Part shown: positions 21,356 through 35,600 of the stretch, in pieces | Layout of the letters: each line of letters starts with the position of its first letter | Position numbering within the stretch: the stretch's first letter is position 1 | Assembly: GCA_977017645.1 (NCBI GenBank) | Contig: OZ360225.1 | Location: 172,608,001-172,672,000, forward strand | Reading direction: 5' to 3' | Source of the DNA: Torpedo marmorata | Lineage: Eukaryota | Length of the DNA stretch: 64,000 bases | Position numbers and translations under genes: made by a program | The notes under the pieces: generated by a model | Told to the model about the DNA's origin: nothing | Databases searched by the model: none | Seen by the model: only the letters and a program-made list of their open reading frames with translations

Positions 21356-22332
21356 ATTGTTTTCTTGATGCAGTTCCTGCATCATGAACTACTATTTTGT
21401 AGAAAAAAAATGTGGTTGGGAAGAAAGCTTCCAAACAGGAAAGGCATGAGACAAAAATAACCAGAAATTACCTGAGTAATAGTGGCCATTTAAAGGGAAT
21501 TGTTAACTTTTCAAAAATGATGTTTCATTCATTGGCAGGACAGAGTTCTGGTCTTTTCAATAGGATTGCCATCTGTATGATTCACCATGTTCACTTTCAC
21601 TGCCTTCTGACTTGCTTTTATGTTGGATAAAACTCATTTTCACAGCCATAGCTCATTCCTTAGCAACTGCCTCTACATTTAAATTACTCCTCATGTTTGT
21701 GACCACAGATATCTCCAGGAAATTAATCTTTAAATTGTTCATTTTGCCAAATTCTGAGATCCGCACTCAACACGATCCCATATCGTTTCAACAAACCTAA
21801 CTTCCCTCTTTGGTAACGCTGATTCATTCTTTCTCAAAGCTGCAGCTCCATTTCATCTTTAACTATATCCAGTACCTTAACAAGAACTTCACTTGTTCTT
21901 TTCAGGTGTGAAGGATCACAGACTTTATGAAATCCAGAATGCCAGAAACGTTCAGTTATTTCTTTCCCTTTATTTTCCTCTCACCACATCCTCTTTTCAA
22001 TCTCCTGACACTATTCCTTCTGATTTCCACTCTCTGGCACAGGAGTACCAGTCTTCCAAGGAAAGCTCCATTAAATTACACCTCTACCTCAATGGATTTT
22101 GAGCTTGGTACAATACTGAGATCTTCATCCAATGCCTTTCCATTTGTCAAGATTTCTTTGAATTTTAACACCAAAATCTTCACCCCTGCATAGAATTATC
22201 ATTCTACCTATATCCCTTTTCCAAATCTTTTGCTTAGAGACATCAGCAAGTTAGCTACACTGCATTGATTCCAACTTAATTATTTTCGAATTTGCAACTT
22301 CCTGATCTCTCAAGTCTAAACTACCATTATAA

Positions 22333-22590
22333 CGGTACGGTTGGCGTAGCAGTTAGCGCAACGCCTTTACAGTGCCAGCGACCAGGGTTCGAATCCCGCG
22401 CTGTCTGTAAGAAGTCTGTACGTGTCTCCCCGTGTCTGCATGGGTTTTCCCCGGGGGCTCCGGTTTCCTTCCACTGTTCGAAATGTACCGGGGGTGTGGG
22501 ATGATTGGGTGTAAGTTGGGCGACACGGACTCGTGGGCCGAAATGGCCTGTTACCGTGCTGTATGTCTACATTTTTAAAATTTTTTAAAT
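22333..22590 (+). mobile_element. V-SINE (HE1-like)
   Basis: A/B boxes (tggcgtagcagtt, ggttcgaatcc), V-domain and CR1-like tail. Confidence 0.92.
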
Positions 22591-23120
22591 AATTATTAAA
22601 TCGGCTAAGAAAAACAGCCCTGATGTTTTATTGTAAGTTCATTAACTTGAATCACTATCTCTGTTTCACTTTCCATACTTGTTGCCTCCCTGGCTATTTT
22701 GTTTTTATTTCAAATTTCCAGCATCTGGAGTTTTTTGTTTCTGATTTCATACTGTGGCTGTTTCATGATACAATTTCTCGCCCATAGTGGCTTAATGCTA
22801 ACTTAACTATCTTATTCCACTTCAAATGGATCTAACCTCATATCTAAAGATATTCCCTTCATGAATTTCAATCATGACTTTGCACAAGTTCTGATAAGGG
22901 ATTATTTGATTCAAGGATGCTGTTTAATGCATTACATTCACAGAGCAATTTGTATTTTTATGCATTTACTTTGGCCAATCAGGGAGAGCATAAAAATATT
23001 CCATCACGAGATGGCTAGAAATGGAGTGGTTGATTATTTTAATGACTGGCAAGGTCTTTCATTCTCCCTTGAATAACACTTACTGGGAATTTTTGCCTGG
23101 GTTTTCAAACACACTTGGGC

Positions 23121-23369
23121 TTAAATTGAAATTAAATTTAAAATTTAGATATACAGCACGGTAACAGGCCCTTCCGGCCCATGAGCCCGTGCTGCTCAAA
23201 TGCCCCAATTAATCTACAACCTCCATACGTTTTGAATGGTGGAGGAAACTCGAGCACCCGAAAGAAACCCACGCAGACATGGGGAGAACGTACAAACTCC
23301 TTACAGACAGCGCCAAGTGACTGGCACTGTAATAGCGTAGCGCTAACAGCTGTGCTCACCATGTCACCC
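23121..23369 (-). mobile_element. V-SINE (HE1-like), B-box region deleted
   Basis: Reverse-complement homology to 22333-22590. Confidence 0.9.
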
Positions 23370-23480
23370 TTCTAGCCCTTATCTTGTGGCCTTGACATTA
23401 TCATTTCTCCCACTGCTAGTCTATCTTCTGTCATTCTCCTATCATGGCCTTTAAGCTCCACTTTTAATCCTTACACATAT

Positions 23481-23774
23481 GGGCGGCACGGTTGGCGTAG
23501 CGGTTAGCGCAATGCCTTTACAGCGCCAGCGATCGTGACTGGACCAGGGTTCGAATCCCACGCTGTCTGTAAGGAGTTTGTACGTTCTCCCCGTGTCTGC
23601 GTGGGTTTTCCCCGGGGGCTCCGATTTCCTCCCACCGTTCAAAAAATATACCGGGGGTGCAGGTTAATGGGGTGTAAATTGGGCGGCACAGACTTGTGGG
23701 CTGAAATGGCCTGTTACCTTGCTGTATGTCTACATTTAAAATTTTAAAAATTTAAATTAAAAAAAAAATTAAAA
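23481..23774 (+). mobile_element. V-SINE (HE1-like)
   Basis: Same family as 22333-22590 and 62226-62480. Confidence 0.93.
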
Positions 23775-24149
23775 TCTTTAAGTTCAACCACTGCAGTTAC
23801 TTACGCTGCATTACACATCCTCACCCTCGTCATAAAACCATTTCAGGCTCTGAATCCATTCTGAGTATTTAATGAGACAACTCCTTCTCTCCACACTGCC
23901 AAACATTATTTGAGAGTTAGCAAAATTCCATGATCATTCAGTGATCCAATAAATCTGTCATTTTGTCATAGAATGCACCTGAAATTGAAACCCAAGCACA
24001 GATTTTCATATTAATGCCAGAACTAAATTCTATGAAAGGAAACAGATGGTAAAATCAAGGATTAATTGCTTAGACTGACACACGAGGATGGTTTCATTCT
24101 TCCTACAAAAATAAAGGTATATACATATTCTTCCGACCAAAAACTAACA

Positions 24150-25610
24150 CTTCACATTTCTCTGCATCTGCCAAATTTCAAAGTATTCCATCAACCTGAT
24201 GAAATCTCCTTGAAATCTTTTGCCACCATCCTGGCAGTTTACTATGGCTCCAATTTGTGCTTCATTTGCAAACTCGGAAACAGTGCACTGCACACCCAAG
24301 ACCAAATCATTAACATAAGGACTTCAAAAATAGGGAGAGGAGTAGGCCATCAAGCCCTTTAACTCTGCTCTGTGATCCAGCAAGAATATGGCTGATCTTA
24401 TACCTCAGCGCCATGTTCTAGCATCATCCCCCATGTCCCTCCAAGTCCAGAAATTTATCAATCTCTGTTTTGAATGAACTCAATGACCGATCCTGCACAG
24501 CCCTCTTGAGCCAGCAATTCCAATTGTTCCACACCCGCTGAGAGAAGAAAACTGTCCTCAAATGGTGTCCCTTAGCCCTGGTCTCGAGCCGAGAAATACT
24601 CTCTGTGCATTTAGCCTGCCTGGCAAACTTCAAACAGATATCCTTTAATTCTTCCAAATAGTAAAGAGTAAAGTTTCCGGTCCCTTTCTGCTCAATCTCA
24701 CTTTGTACAGCAAATCCACCATCCCTAGTACACTGAATTTTCCCTACACTTTCTCTCAGGCAAGTACAGCCTTTCTTAGTTAAAGATACGAAATTTAACA
24801 CAATGCTCAGCAAGGCCCTCCATAATTGCAATAAAACATCCCTACTCCTGTTATCAAGCCCTGTCATAATAAAAGTGAAGGGTGGATTTTATACAACAGG
24901 CCATAGTAACAATACTAGAATGGGTGAACTTACGTCACATAGAGCAGTACAACAAACAAAAGGAACCTTCAGCCCACCTTCTCTGTGTTGACCATGATAC
25001 CAAATTAAAATAATCCCATCTGCCTGAACATAATCCATATCTCTGCACATTCATATGCCTGTAAATGCCTCTTAGATGAACAAGGTTGTCTATGGCAAGT
25101 GCCAGGTTAAGAGTGAACCAGAGTACAGAAAGTTCAAAGGGTAAATGAGAAAAGAAAAAAAAAATTAGAGCCAGTGAAAGTCTTCCTCACTATCCACAAA
25201 TACACCAATTTTTGTAATCTGTGGATTTACTAATCAGTCAATCAGTTTTTGTCCAAATATTTACATATATCACAAATACCAGAAGCTCCAGGACTAACCC
25301 CATGTGGAACACCACTGGACACAGACCACTAATCAGATAAACACCCCTTCATCACTGTACTCTGCCTTCTCTGGGCAATGCAATTTTGAATCCAATCTGA
25401 CAAGTCACCATGGATCACATAATTCATAATCTTCTGGATCAGCCTACTGTGAGAGACCTTGTTGAAAATTTCACTGAAGTCCATATAGACAACATCTACT
25501 ACCCTACCCTCATCAGTCATTTTTGTTAATTCCTCAGTTAACTCAATCAAGTTTGTAAAACATGATCTGCCCTGTACAAACCCACATTGTCTATCCATAA
25601 TAAATCCATT
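24150..25610 (-). mobile_element. Several decayed CR1 fragments
   Basis: ORFs 24424-24867 (FFSQRVWN.WN) and 25329-25616 (GFVQGRSCFTNL..VDVVYMDFS). Confidence 0.8.
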
Positions 25611-25611
25611 C

Positions 25612-26302
25612 CACACCGGTCACTGAAGGCTAACACGCAGGTTCAGAAAGCTGTGAAGAAGGCAAATGGCATGTTGACTTTCATAAAGAGGGGATTGGAG
25701 TATAGGAGCAGAGACGCCCTTCTGCAGTTGTACAGAGCCCTGGTGAGACCTCACCTGGAGTATTGCATCCAGCTCTGGTCCCCAAATTTGAGGAAGGACA
25801 TACTAGCTATAGAGGGTGTGCAGCGCAGATTTACAAGGTTAGTTCCAGGGATGGCAGGATTGACATATGCTGAAAGGTTAGAAAAACTGGACTTATATCC
25901 AATGGATGAGGGGGGGACATGATTGAGGTATACAAGATTATCAAGGGGATGGACAGGGTGAAGTCGGATTACTTGTTCCCAATGATGGGAGAGACGAGGA
26001 CTAGAGGGCATAGTTTAAGAATACAGGGAAGGCCCTTTAGGTCGGAGATGAGGACATTTTTTTTTACCCAGAGAAGTGTGGAATGCTCTGCCACAGAGGG
26101 TGGTAGAGGCAGATTCACTGATTATGTTCAAAAGAGAGTTAGATAAGACTCTAGTGGGCAGGGGAGTTAAGGGTTATGGGGATAAGGCTGGAAAGGGGTA
26201 CTGATAGTAGTGATCAGCCATGATCTGTAAAATGGCGGTGCTGGCTTGACGGGCTGAAGGGCCTACTCCAGCTCCTATTGTCTATTGTCTATTGTCTATT
26301 GT
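25612..26302 (+). mobile_element. 5'-truncated young CR1, same family as 43045-46305
   Basis: Near-identical peptides (SLKAN.QVQKAVKKANGML...KLDLYPM) and a (CTATTGT)n tail at 26275-26302. Confidence 0.93.
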
Positions 26303-26605
26303 CAAATGCAAGTAAACCGTGTCCTTAAGAATCCACTTCAATAGCTTTCCTATCGATAATATAAGGCTTAACAGTCCATATTGTACAGAATTATCATTAT
26401 TTCATTTCTTAAATAAAAGAACAACAATGGCTACCCTCCAGTCCTCTGGGACTTCAATTACAGCTAGAAAAGATATGAAGATTTCTGTCAATAACCCAGT
26501 AATCTTCTCTCTTGCCTTTCTCAATAACCTTACCCTCTGGACGTATTCACCTTAATGTAGATCCAATGCCTCCTCCTCGATGATGTCAACATGCCTTAGA
26601 ACATT

Positions 26606-27790
26606 TCAGAATCAGAATCAGAATCAGAATTTAATGTCATGAACAAGTCATGAAGTTCGGTGTTTTGCGGCAACATCATAGTGCAAACATTCATATTATA
26701 ACCATCTTACGACATTACTATAAAAAAATATAAATAATAGTGCACGAAAAGTAAGGCAAGTGTCTTTGGTTCATTGATTATTCAGGAATCTAATGGCAGC
26801 GGGGAAGAAGCTGTCCTTGTGCCGTTGAGTGCTCGTCTTTAGGCTCCTGTACCTTTTTCCCGATGGTAGCAGAGTGAAGAGGACATGGCTTGGGTGGTGG
26901 GGGTCTTTGAGGATAGAGGCTGCTTTTTTAAGGCACCGCCTCATGTAGATGTCCTCGATGGAGTGAAGTCTGGTGCTTGTGATGTCACAGGCCGAGTTAA
27001 TAACCCTCTGGAGTTTATTCTTGCCTGAGAGCTGGCGCTTCCATACCAGGCAGTGATGCAACCAGCCAGAATGCTCTCCACGGTACACCTGTCGAAGATT
27101 ACGAGAGTCTTCGGTGACATACTGAATCTCAGACACCACACAAAGTATAGCCGCTAGCGAGCCTTCTTTGTGATTGCATCAACATGGAGGCTCCAGGACA
27201 GATCCTCGGAGATGTTGACACCCAGGAATTTGAAGTTCTTGACCCTCTCCACTACTGAGCCCTCGATGAAGACTCGGTCATGTTCCCCTGACTTCCTACT
27301 GAAGTCCACAATCATTTCCTTGGTTTTGCTGACATTGAGCGCAAGGTTGTTGTCGTTACATCATTCAACGAGCTGATCTATCTCCCTCCTGTACGCTTCC
27401 TCATTGCCGTTTGTGATTCTGCCGACAACTGTGGTGTCATCGGCAAACTTGTAGATGGCATTGGAATTGTGCCTGGCCACACAGTCGTGGGTGTATAACG
27501 AGTAGAGCAGTGGACTAAGCACGCATCCTTGGGGTGCGCCTGTGTTGATAATCAGTGAGGAGGAGACGTTGTTTCCAATTCGTACTGACTGTGGTCTTCC
27601 GATGAGAAAGTCAAGGATCCAGTTGCAGAGGGGGGTACAGAGGCCAAGAGTTTGTAGCTTCTTGACCAGCACTGAGGGAATAATTGTATTGAAGGCTGAG
27701 CTGTAGTCGATAAAGGGCAGCCGTATGTATGAATTGCTGTTTTCGAGGTGATCCAGAGCTGAGTGGAGAGCCAGCGATATTGCACACTGA
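26606..27790 (-). mobile_element. Rex1/Babar-like LINE, 5'-truncated
   Basis: [20 protein letters not shown]...[10 protein letters not shown]; LLPSGKRYRS; tail catgacattaaa(TTCTGA)n. Confidence 0.9.
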
Positions 27791-28049
27791 TCACACTATC
27801 TTCCATGTCGTTCTCCTTGGTGTAATACCAGTGCAAAGTACCAGTAATATCCTGGTGAATCTCTTCTGATACCTTTCCAACTGAATGATATCCTTCCGAT
27901 AGCTGAGCAACCAAGTGTGGTCCCATCAGCAACTTGTACAGCTGTATCTTGGGGTTCCAACTGTTGTACTCTATAACCTGACCAACGAAGGCAAGCATGT
28001 AAAATGCCTTCTTCACCATCCTGTCCAACTGGGTTGCCATTTTCTGGAA

Positions 28050-28155
28050 GTAAAAACATACCGAAATGCTGGAGGAGCTCAGCCAGTCTTTCAGCGTCCA
28101 TAGGTGACAAAGATATATTGCCGACGTTTCGGGCCTGATCCTTTCTTCAAGTAAT
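28050..28155 (-). mobile_element. Penelope terminal fragment with hammerhead-like motif
   Basis: The minus strand reads ttgaagaaaggatcaggcccgaaacgtcggc...ctgagctcctccagcattt. Confidence 0.7.
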
Positions 28156-28169
28156 AAGCAAAGAATAAG

Positions 28170-31100
28170 CAGAACTGATGGTGCCTCTAGCTGCTACAAA
28201 TGTGGAAAGTGTGTCCAGGTTCAGCTCCTGAAGGACCGTGTTGGGGAACTGGAGAAGCAACTGGATGATCTCAGGTTAATCCGGGAAAACGAGAGTTTTC
28301 TGGACAGGACATTCAGCGAGATCGTTGCACCGAAAATACCGGAAGAGAGAAGGGGGGGCGACAATGAGGAAGGGATGGATGCTTGGAGTACAGGAGACCC
28401 CGTGGGATGTACCTCTTGAAAACAGGTTCACCCTCTTGGAAGCTGTCAGGACAGAAGACACTGCCAGTCTGAGAGGCGGACAGGTCTGCGAGTCAAAAAT
28501 TGGCTCTGAAGCAAAGCCGAGGAGACAGAAGTCAGGCAGAGCCGTGGTAGTAGGGGACTCTATAGGGAGAGGTACAGAAAGGAGTTTCTGCGGCAACAGG
28601 CGGTATTTAAGGATGGTGTGTTGCCTACCTGGTGCCAGGATCCAGGAAGTCATGGACCGATTGCAGGGCATCCTCAAGGGTGAAGGTGAATAGCCGGAAG
28701 TGGTAGTACATGTCGGCACAAATGATGATGGGAAGAAGAGGAACGAAATTCTGTAACGAGATTTCAGAGAACTTGGAAGAAGTCTGAAAAGCACGACCTC
28801 CAGGGTGGTAATCTCCGGTTTGCTTCCAGTTCCTTGTGCTGGTGAGGGCAGGAACAGGGAGATGTGGGATCTGAATGTGTGGCTGAGGAGCTGGTGCGTG
28901 AAGCAGGGATTTGGATTCTTAGACCACTGGGAGCTGTATTGGGGTAAGAATGAATTGTACAGGAGGGACGGGTTGCACCTTAACAGGTGGGGGACCAGCA
29001 TTCTGGCAGGCAGGTTTGCCACTGCTACTCGGGTATGTTTAAACTAAGTAGTGGGGGGGAGGAGATGAACTGGAAATATAAGGATGGAGTTAAAGAGAGA
29101 ATAAGAAAAGTTAGGAAAGACAACAGATTTAACAGGGCAGAAAGCTCAGGAAGGGATTGGAGAGTATGGCCAAGTGCAATAGGAATCGATGTGAAAGGGG
29201 AGGGGAGTAATGGATTAAAAGTATTATATATGAATGCACGAAGTATAAGAAATAAAGTGGATGAGCTTGAGGCTCAGTTGTAAATTGGCAAGTATGATGT
29301 CGTAGGAATAACAGAGACATGGCTGCAAGAGGACCAGGGCTGGGAAATGAATATTCAAGGGTATACGTCCTATCAAAAGGACAGGCAGGTGGGCAGAGGG
29401 GGTGGGGTGGCTCTGTGGTGAGGAAAGAAATTCAGTCCCTTGCGAGGGGTGACATAGAATCAGGAGATGTAGAGTCAGTATGGATAGAATTGAGAAATTG
29501 TAAGGGCAAAAAGACCCTAATGGGAGTTATCTACAGGCCCCCAAACAGTAGCCTGGATATAGGGTGCAAGTTGAATCAAGAGTTAAAATTGGCATGTCGC
29601 AAAGGTAATGCTACGGTTGTTATGGGGGATATCAACATGCAGGTAGACTGGGAAAATCAGGTTGGTACTGGACCCCAGGAAAGGGAGTTCGTGGAGTGCC
29701 TCCGATATGGATTCTTAGAGCAGCTTGTACTAGAGCCTACCAGGGAGAAGGCAATTCTGGATTTAGTGTTGTGCAATGAACCGGATTTGATAAAGGAACT
29801 CGAGGTAAAGGAGCCATTAGGATGTAGTGACCATAATATGATGTTTTAATCTACAATTTGAGAGGGAGAAGGGAAAATAGGAAGTGTCAATATTACAGTT
29901 GAACAAAGGGGACTATGGAGCCATGAGGGAGGAGCTGGCCAAAGTTGACTGGAAGGATACCCTAGCAGGGATGACAGTGGAAAAACAATGGCAGGTATTT
30001 CTGGGAATAATACAGAAGGTGCAGGATCAGTTCATTCCATAGAGGAAGAAAGATTCTAAGGGGAGTAAGGGGCAACCGTGGCTGACAAGAGAAGTCAAGG
30101 ACAGTATAAAAATAAAAGAGAAGAAGTATAACACAGTAAAGACGAGAGGGAAGCCAGAGGATTGGGAAACTTTTAAAGAGCAACAGAAGATAACTAAAAA
30201 GGCAATACGGGGAGAAAAGATGAGGTACAAAGGTAAGCTAGCCAAGAATATAAAGGAGGATAGTAAAAGCTTCTTTAGGTATGTGAAGAGGAAAAAATTA
30301 GTTAAGATCAAAGTTGGGCCCTTGAAGACAAAAACGCGTGAAATTATTATGGGGAACAAGGAAATGGTAGAAGAGTTGAACAGGTACTTTGGATCTGTCT
30401 TCACTAGGGAAGACACAAACAACCTCCCAGATGTAATAGTGGACAGTGGACCAAGAGTAACGGAGGAACTGAAGGAAATTCACATTAGGCAGAAAATGGT
30501 GTTGGGTAGACTGATGGGACTGAAGGCTGATAAATCCCCAGGGCCTGATGGTCTGCATCCCAGGGTACTTAAGGAGGTGGCTCTAGAAATAGTGGACGCA
30601 TTGATAATCATTTTCCAATGTTCTATAGATTCAGGATCAGTTCCTGAGGATTGGAGGGTAGCTAATGTTATCCCACTTTTTAAGAAAGGAGGGAGAGAGA
30701 AAACAGGGAATTATAGACCAGTTAGCCTGACATTAGTGGTGGGGAAGATGCTGGAGTCAATTATAAAAGATGAAATAGCGGCACATTTGGATAGCAGTAA
30801 CAGGATCGGTCCAAGTCAGCATGGATTTACGAAGGGGAAATCATGCTTGACTAATCTTCTGGAATTTTTTGAGGATGTAACTATGAAAATGGACAAGGGA
30901 GAGCCAGTGGATGTAGTGTACCTGGACTTTCAGAAAGCCTTTGATAAGGTCCCACATAGGAGATTAGTGGGCAAAATTAGAGCACATGGTATTGGGGGTA
31001 GTGTACTGACATGGATAGAAAATTGGTTGGCAGACAGGAAACAAAGAGTAGGGATTAACAGGTCCCTTTCAGAGTGGCAGGCAGTGACTAATGGGGTACC

Positions 31101-32103
31101 GCAAGGATCGGTGCTGGGACCGCAGCTGTTTACAATATACATTAATGATTTAGATGAAGGGATTAAAAGTAACATAAGCAAATTTGCAGATGACACGAAG
31201 CTGGGTGGCAGTGTGAAATGTGAGGAGGATGTTATATGAATGCAGGGTGACTTGGACAGGTTGGGTGAGTGGGCAGATGCATGGCAGATGCAGTTTAATG
31301 TGGATAAATGTGAGGTTATCCACTTTGGTGGCAAGAACAGGGAAGCAGATTACTATCTGAATGGTGTCAAGTTAGGAAAAGGGGAAGTACAACGAGATCT
31401 AGGTGTCCTTGTTCATCAGTCACTGAAAGTAAGCATGCAGGTACAGCAGGCAGTGAAGAAAGCTAATGGCATGTTGGCCTTCATAACAAGGGGAGTTGAG
31501 TATAGGAGCAAAGAGGTCCTTCTGCGGTTGTACAGGGCCCTGGTGAGACCACACCTGGAGTATTGTGTGCAGTTTTGGTCTCCAGGTTTGAGGAAGGACA
31601 TTCTTGCTATTGAGGGAGTGCAGCGTAGCTTCACGAGGTTAATTCCTGGGATGGCGGGACTGTCATATGTTGAAAGATTGGAGCGATTGGGCTTGTATAC
31701 ACTGGAATTTAGAAGGATGAGAGGGGATCTGATTGAAACATATAAGATTATTAAGGGATTGGACACACTAGAGGCAGGAAACATGTTCCCGATGTTGGAG
31801 GAGTCGAGAACCAGAGGCCACACTTTAAGAATAAGGGGTAGGCCATTTAGAATGGAGTTGAGGAAAAACTTTTTCACCCAGAGAGTTGTGGATCTGTAGA
31901 ATGCTCTGCCTCAGAAGGCAGTGGAGGCCAATTCTCTGGATGTTTTCAAGAAAGAGTTAGATAGAGCTCTTAAAGTCAAGGGATATGGGGAGAAGGCAGG
32001 AACGGGGTACTGATAGTGGATGATCAGCCATGATCACAGTGAATGGCGGAGCTGGCTCAAATGGCCGAATGGCCTACTCCTGCACCTATTGTCATTTGTC
32101 TAT
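28170..32103 (+). mobile_element. Near full-length CR1 LINE (ORF1 Zn-finger/coiled-coil/esterase; ORF2 APE-RT), inactivated by stops and frameshifts
   Basis: KCGKCVQVQLLKDRV.ELE; VVGDSI; YMNARSIRNK; MGDIN; SPGPDGLHP; DFQKAFD; PQGSVLGP; FADD; 3' tail cctattgtc. Confidence 0.96.
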
Positions 32104-32691
32104 AATAAGCAAAAGAATAAGCCATTTGCTGGAAACTATGTACCTGTACTCCGAGGTCACTCTTTTCTATAGCACCCTACCATCTACTGTGTATGACCTG
32201 CCTTGGTTTGACTCAATAAATTTCAACACCTCGCACTTGTCAGAGCCGAATTCTATCTTATATTCTTTGGCCCATCTTCTCAACAGAGCTAGATCCTGTT
32301 GTAAACTTAGATATCCTTCCTTGCTATTCCATCAATTTTGGTGCCATCTGCAAATTTACTAACCAGGCTAACTACATTGTCACCCAAATTGTTAATTTAG
32401 ATGACAAAATACTGGCAGTCTCGCTAAAGGGTTTTGACTCAAAACATCGATTGTTCTTTTTCTCCTCTGATGCTGCTTGATCCATTGAGTTCCTCCAACA
32501 GATTGTGTTTAGCTTCAGATTCGAGCATCTGCAGTTTCCTGTGTGTCTCAGCATTTTAGTTGATTAAAGCTCACAGATGCTGCCTGATCTATTAAGTATT
32601 CCCTTTTTTATCCTACTAACACACAGCAGAATCAAAGAGTAAAATCTTGTTTGGGTTGGTAACCAGAGGAACAAATTTAACCTCTGGCAAA

Positions 32692-35600
32692 TGAACATAG
32701 AACATAGAACACAACAGCACAGTACAGGCCCTTCAGCCCTCAATGTTGTGCCGACCCATATATTCCTTAAAAAAAATCTAATCCCTCCCTACCCCTAACC
32801 CTCTATTATTCTTCCATCTATGTGCCTGTCTAGGAGTGTCTTAAATGCCCCTAGTGTTTCAGCCTCCACCACCATCCCTGGCAAGGCATTCCAGGCACCC
32901 ACAACTCTCTGCATAAAAAAACTACCCCTAATGTCTCCCCTAAACTTCCCTCCCTTCACTTTGTACTCATGTCTTCTAGTGTTTGCTATTCCTGTCCTGG
33001 GAAACAGGTGCTGGCTGTCCACCCTATCTATGCCTCTCATAATCTTGTAGACCTCTATTAAAGTCTCCTCTCACCCATCTACGCTCCAAAGAAAAATGTC
33101 CCAGCTTTGCTATCCTTGCCTCATAAGACTTATTTTCCAATCCAGGTAACATCCTGGTAAATCTCCTCTGCACCCTCTCCATAGCTTCCACATACTTCCT
33201 GTAATGAGGTGACCAGAACTGAACACAATACTCAAGTGTGGTCTCACCAGAGGTTTATATAGTTGCAACATGACCTCTCTACTCCTTAACTCAATCCCCC
33301 TATTGATGAAGCCCAGCATCCCATAGGCCTTCTTAACTATCCTATCAACCTGTGTGGCGACCTTGAGGGATGTGTGGATTTGGACACCAAGGTCCCTCTG
33401 TTGATCCACACTCTTAAGTAACCAACCATTAACCCCTACTCAGCCTTCTGGTTTGTGCTTCCAAAATGCATCACCTCACACTTATCCAGATTGAACTCCA
33501 TCTGCCTCTTTTCCGCCCAACTCTGCATCCTGTCTATATCCTTTTGTAACCTTCGACAACCTTCAGCTCCATCCACAACTCCTCCAACCTTCGTACCATC
33601 CGCAAATTTACTGACCCATCCTTCCGCCTCTTCATCCAGGTCATTTATAAAAATCACAAAGAGCAGGGGTCCCAGAACAGATCCTTGCGGTACTCCACTA
33701 GTCACCGACCTCCAGGAAGAATACTTTCCTTCCACTACTACTCTCTGCTTTCTATCTGCGCCAATTTTTTATCCACACAGCCAAGATTCCATGGATCCCA
33801 TGCCTCAAGACTTTCTGAATGAGTCTCTCATGGGGGACCTTGTCAAATGACTTACTAAAATCCATGTAGACCACATCTACCGCCTTACCCTCATCAATTT
33901 CTTTTCTTAACTTCTCAAAAAACTCAATTAGGCTCGTGACTCACGACCTTCCCTTCACAAAGCCATGCTGACTATCCTTGAGCAGACTGTACTTCTCCAA
34001 ATGGTCATAGATCCTATCCTTAAGAATCCTCTCCAATAGTTTGCACACCACTGATGTAAGACTCACCGGTCTATAATTCCCAGGATTCTCCCTATTACCT
34101 TTTTTAAACAAGGGGACTACATTTGCCATTCTCCAAATCCTCCGGCACCTCCCCTGCGGCCAAAAAGGACTCAAAGATCATAGCTACTGCCCCAGCTATC
34201 TCTTCTCTCACTTCCCACAGCAACCTGGGGTATATCACGTCCGGCCCCGGGGACTTATCAATCGATGTTTTTAACACTTCCTCTTCCTTAATCTCAACAC
34301 TATCCAGCACACAAGCCTGCTCTATTCCGACCTCACCCTGATCAAGGTCCTGTTCTCTTGTGAATACTGATGCAAAGTATTCATTTAGGACCTGCCCAAC
34401 CTCCTCTGCCTCCAGGCACATGTTGCCTCCTTTATCCTTTAGCGGCCCTACCTTCATTCTCGTCATCCTTCTGTTCTTCACATACGCATAGAATGCCTTG
34501 AGATTTTCCTTAATCCTACATGCCAAGGCCTTCTCATACCCCCTTCAAGCTCTTCTAAGTCCTTTCTTAAGCTCCTTCCTGGCTACCATATACTTCCCAT
34601 GAGCCCTTCCTATTTCCTACTTCCTATATCTAATATATGCTTCCTTCTTCCTCTTGACTAGTTGCCTCACCTGTTTTGTCAACCATGGTTCCCTTTTCCT
34701 ACCATCTTTTCCTTGCCCCAGTGGGACAAACCTATCCTGAACCCATCACAAGTGGTCCCGAAATTTCTTCCACATTAGTTCTGTGCTTTCTCCCTTGAAC
34801 ATCTGTTTCCAAATTACTCTCGCTAGTTCTTGCCTCATCCCATCGTAATTAGCCCTTCCCCAATTAAGCACTTTCCCATTTTGTCTGCTTTCATCCTTTT
34901 CCATAGCTATGCTAAAGCTCAGGGAGTTGTGGTCACTCTCATCAAAATGCTCCCCCACCGAGAGGTCCGCCACCTGACCAGGTTCATTAACCAGGATTAG
35001 ATCCAGTATGGCCTCTCCTTTCATCGGCTGGTCCACGTACTGCGTCAGGAATCCTTCTTGGACCCACCTGAAAATTCAGCCCCATCTATCCCTCTTGCAG
35101 TAAGGAGGTGCCAGTCAATATTAGGGAAGTTGAAATCACCCATAACTACAACCCTGTATTTCAAGATTCAATTTATTGTCATAGTAATAAAACAATGTCA
35201 TATTCCATGAAATTTCTTTTTGCCTGCTGCAAGGCAGACAGATTCGCCACCGGCAGAAATTGCCTAAGCGCCTCTAACATTCCTTACAGTCAGAGAAAGA
35301 GAAGCAAAAGAGAGTCCCCCCAGTCACCGAGTGTCCGTAGATTTGCCTCCAGCGCTTCCGCAGCCACACAGAGTCCAGTCCAGACCATCTGCAACCCGAG
35401 CTCCAGATCCAAACCATTTCCTGCACCATTCCAAAATCTGCCTGCTTATCTGCTCCTCGGTGTCCCGAGGGCTATTTGGGGGCCTATAGACTACTCCCAG
35501 CACAGTGATTGCTCCCTTCCTATTTCTGACTTCCATCCACACCGACTCAGTGGACACTCCCTCCACAGCCTCCTCCCTTTCTATAGCCGTGATACTATCC

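Noticed and set aside
22333-22400. tRNA genes
   Set aside because: These are SINE heads followed by a V-domain and tail; no complete cloverleaf.
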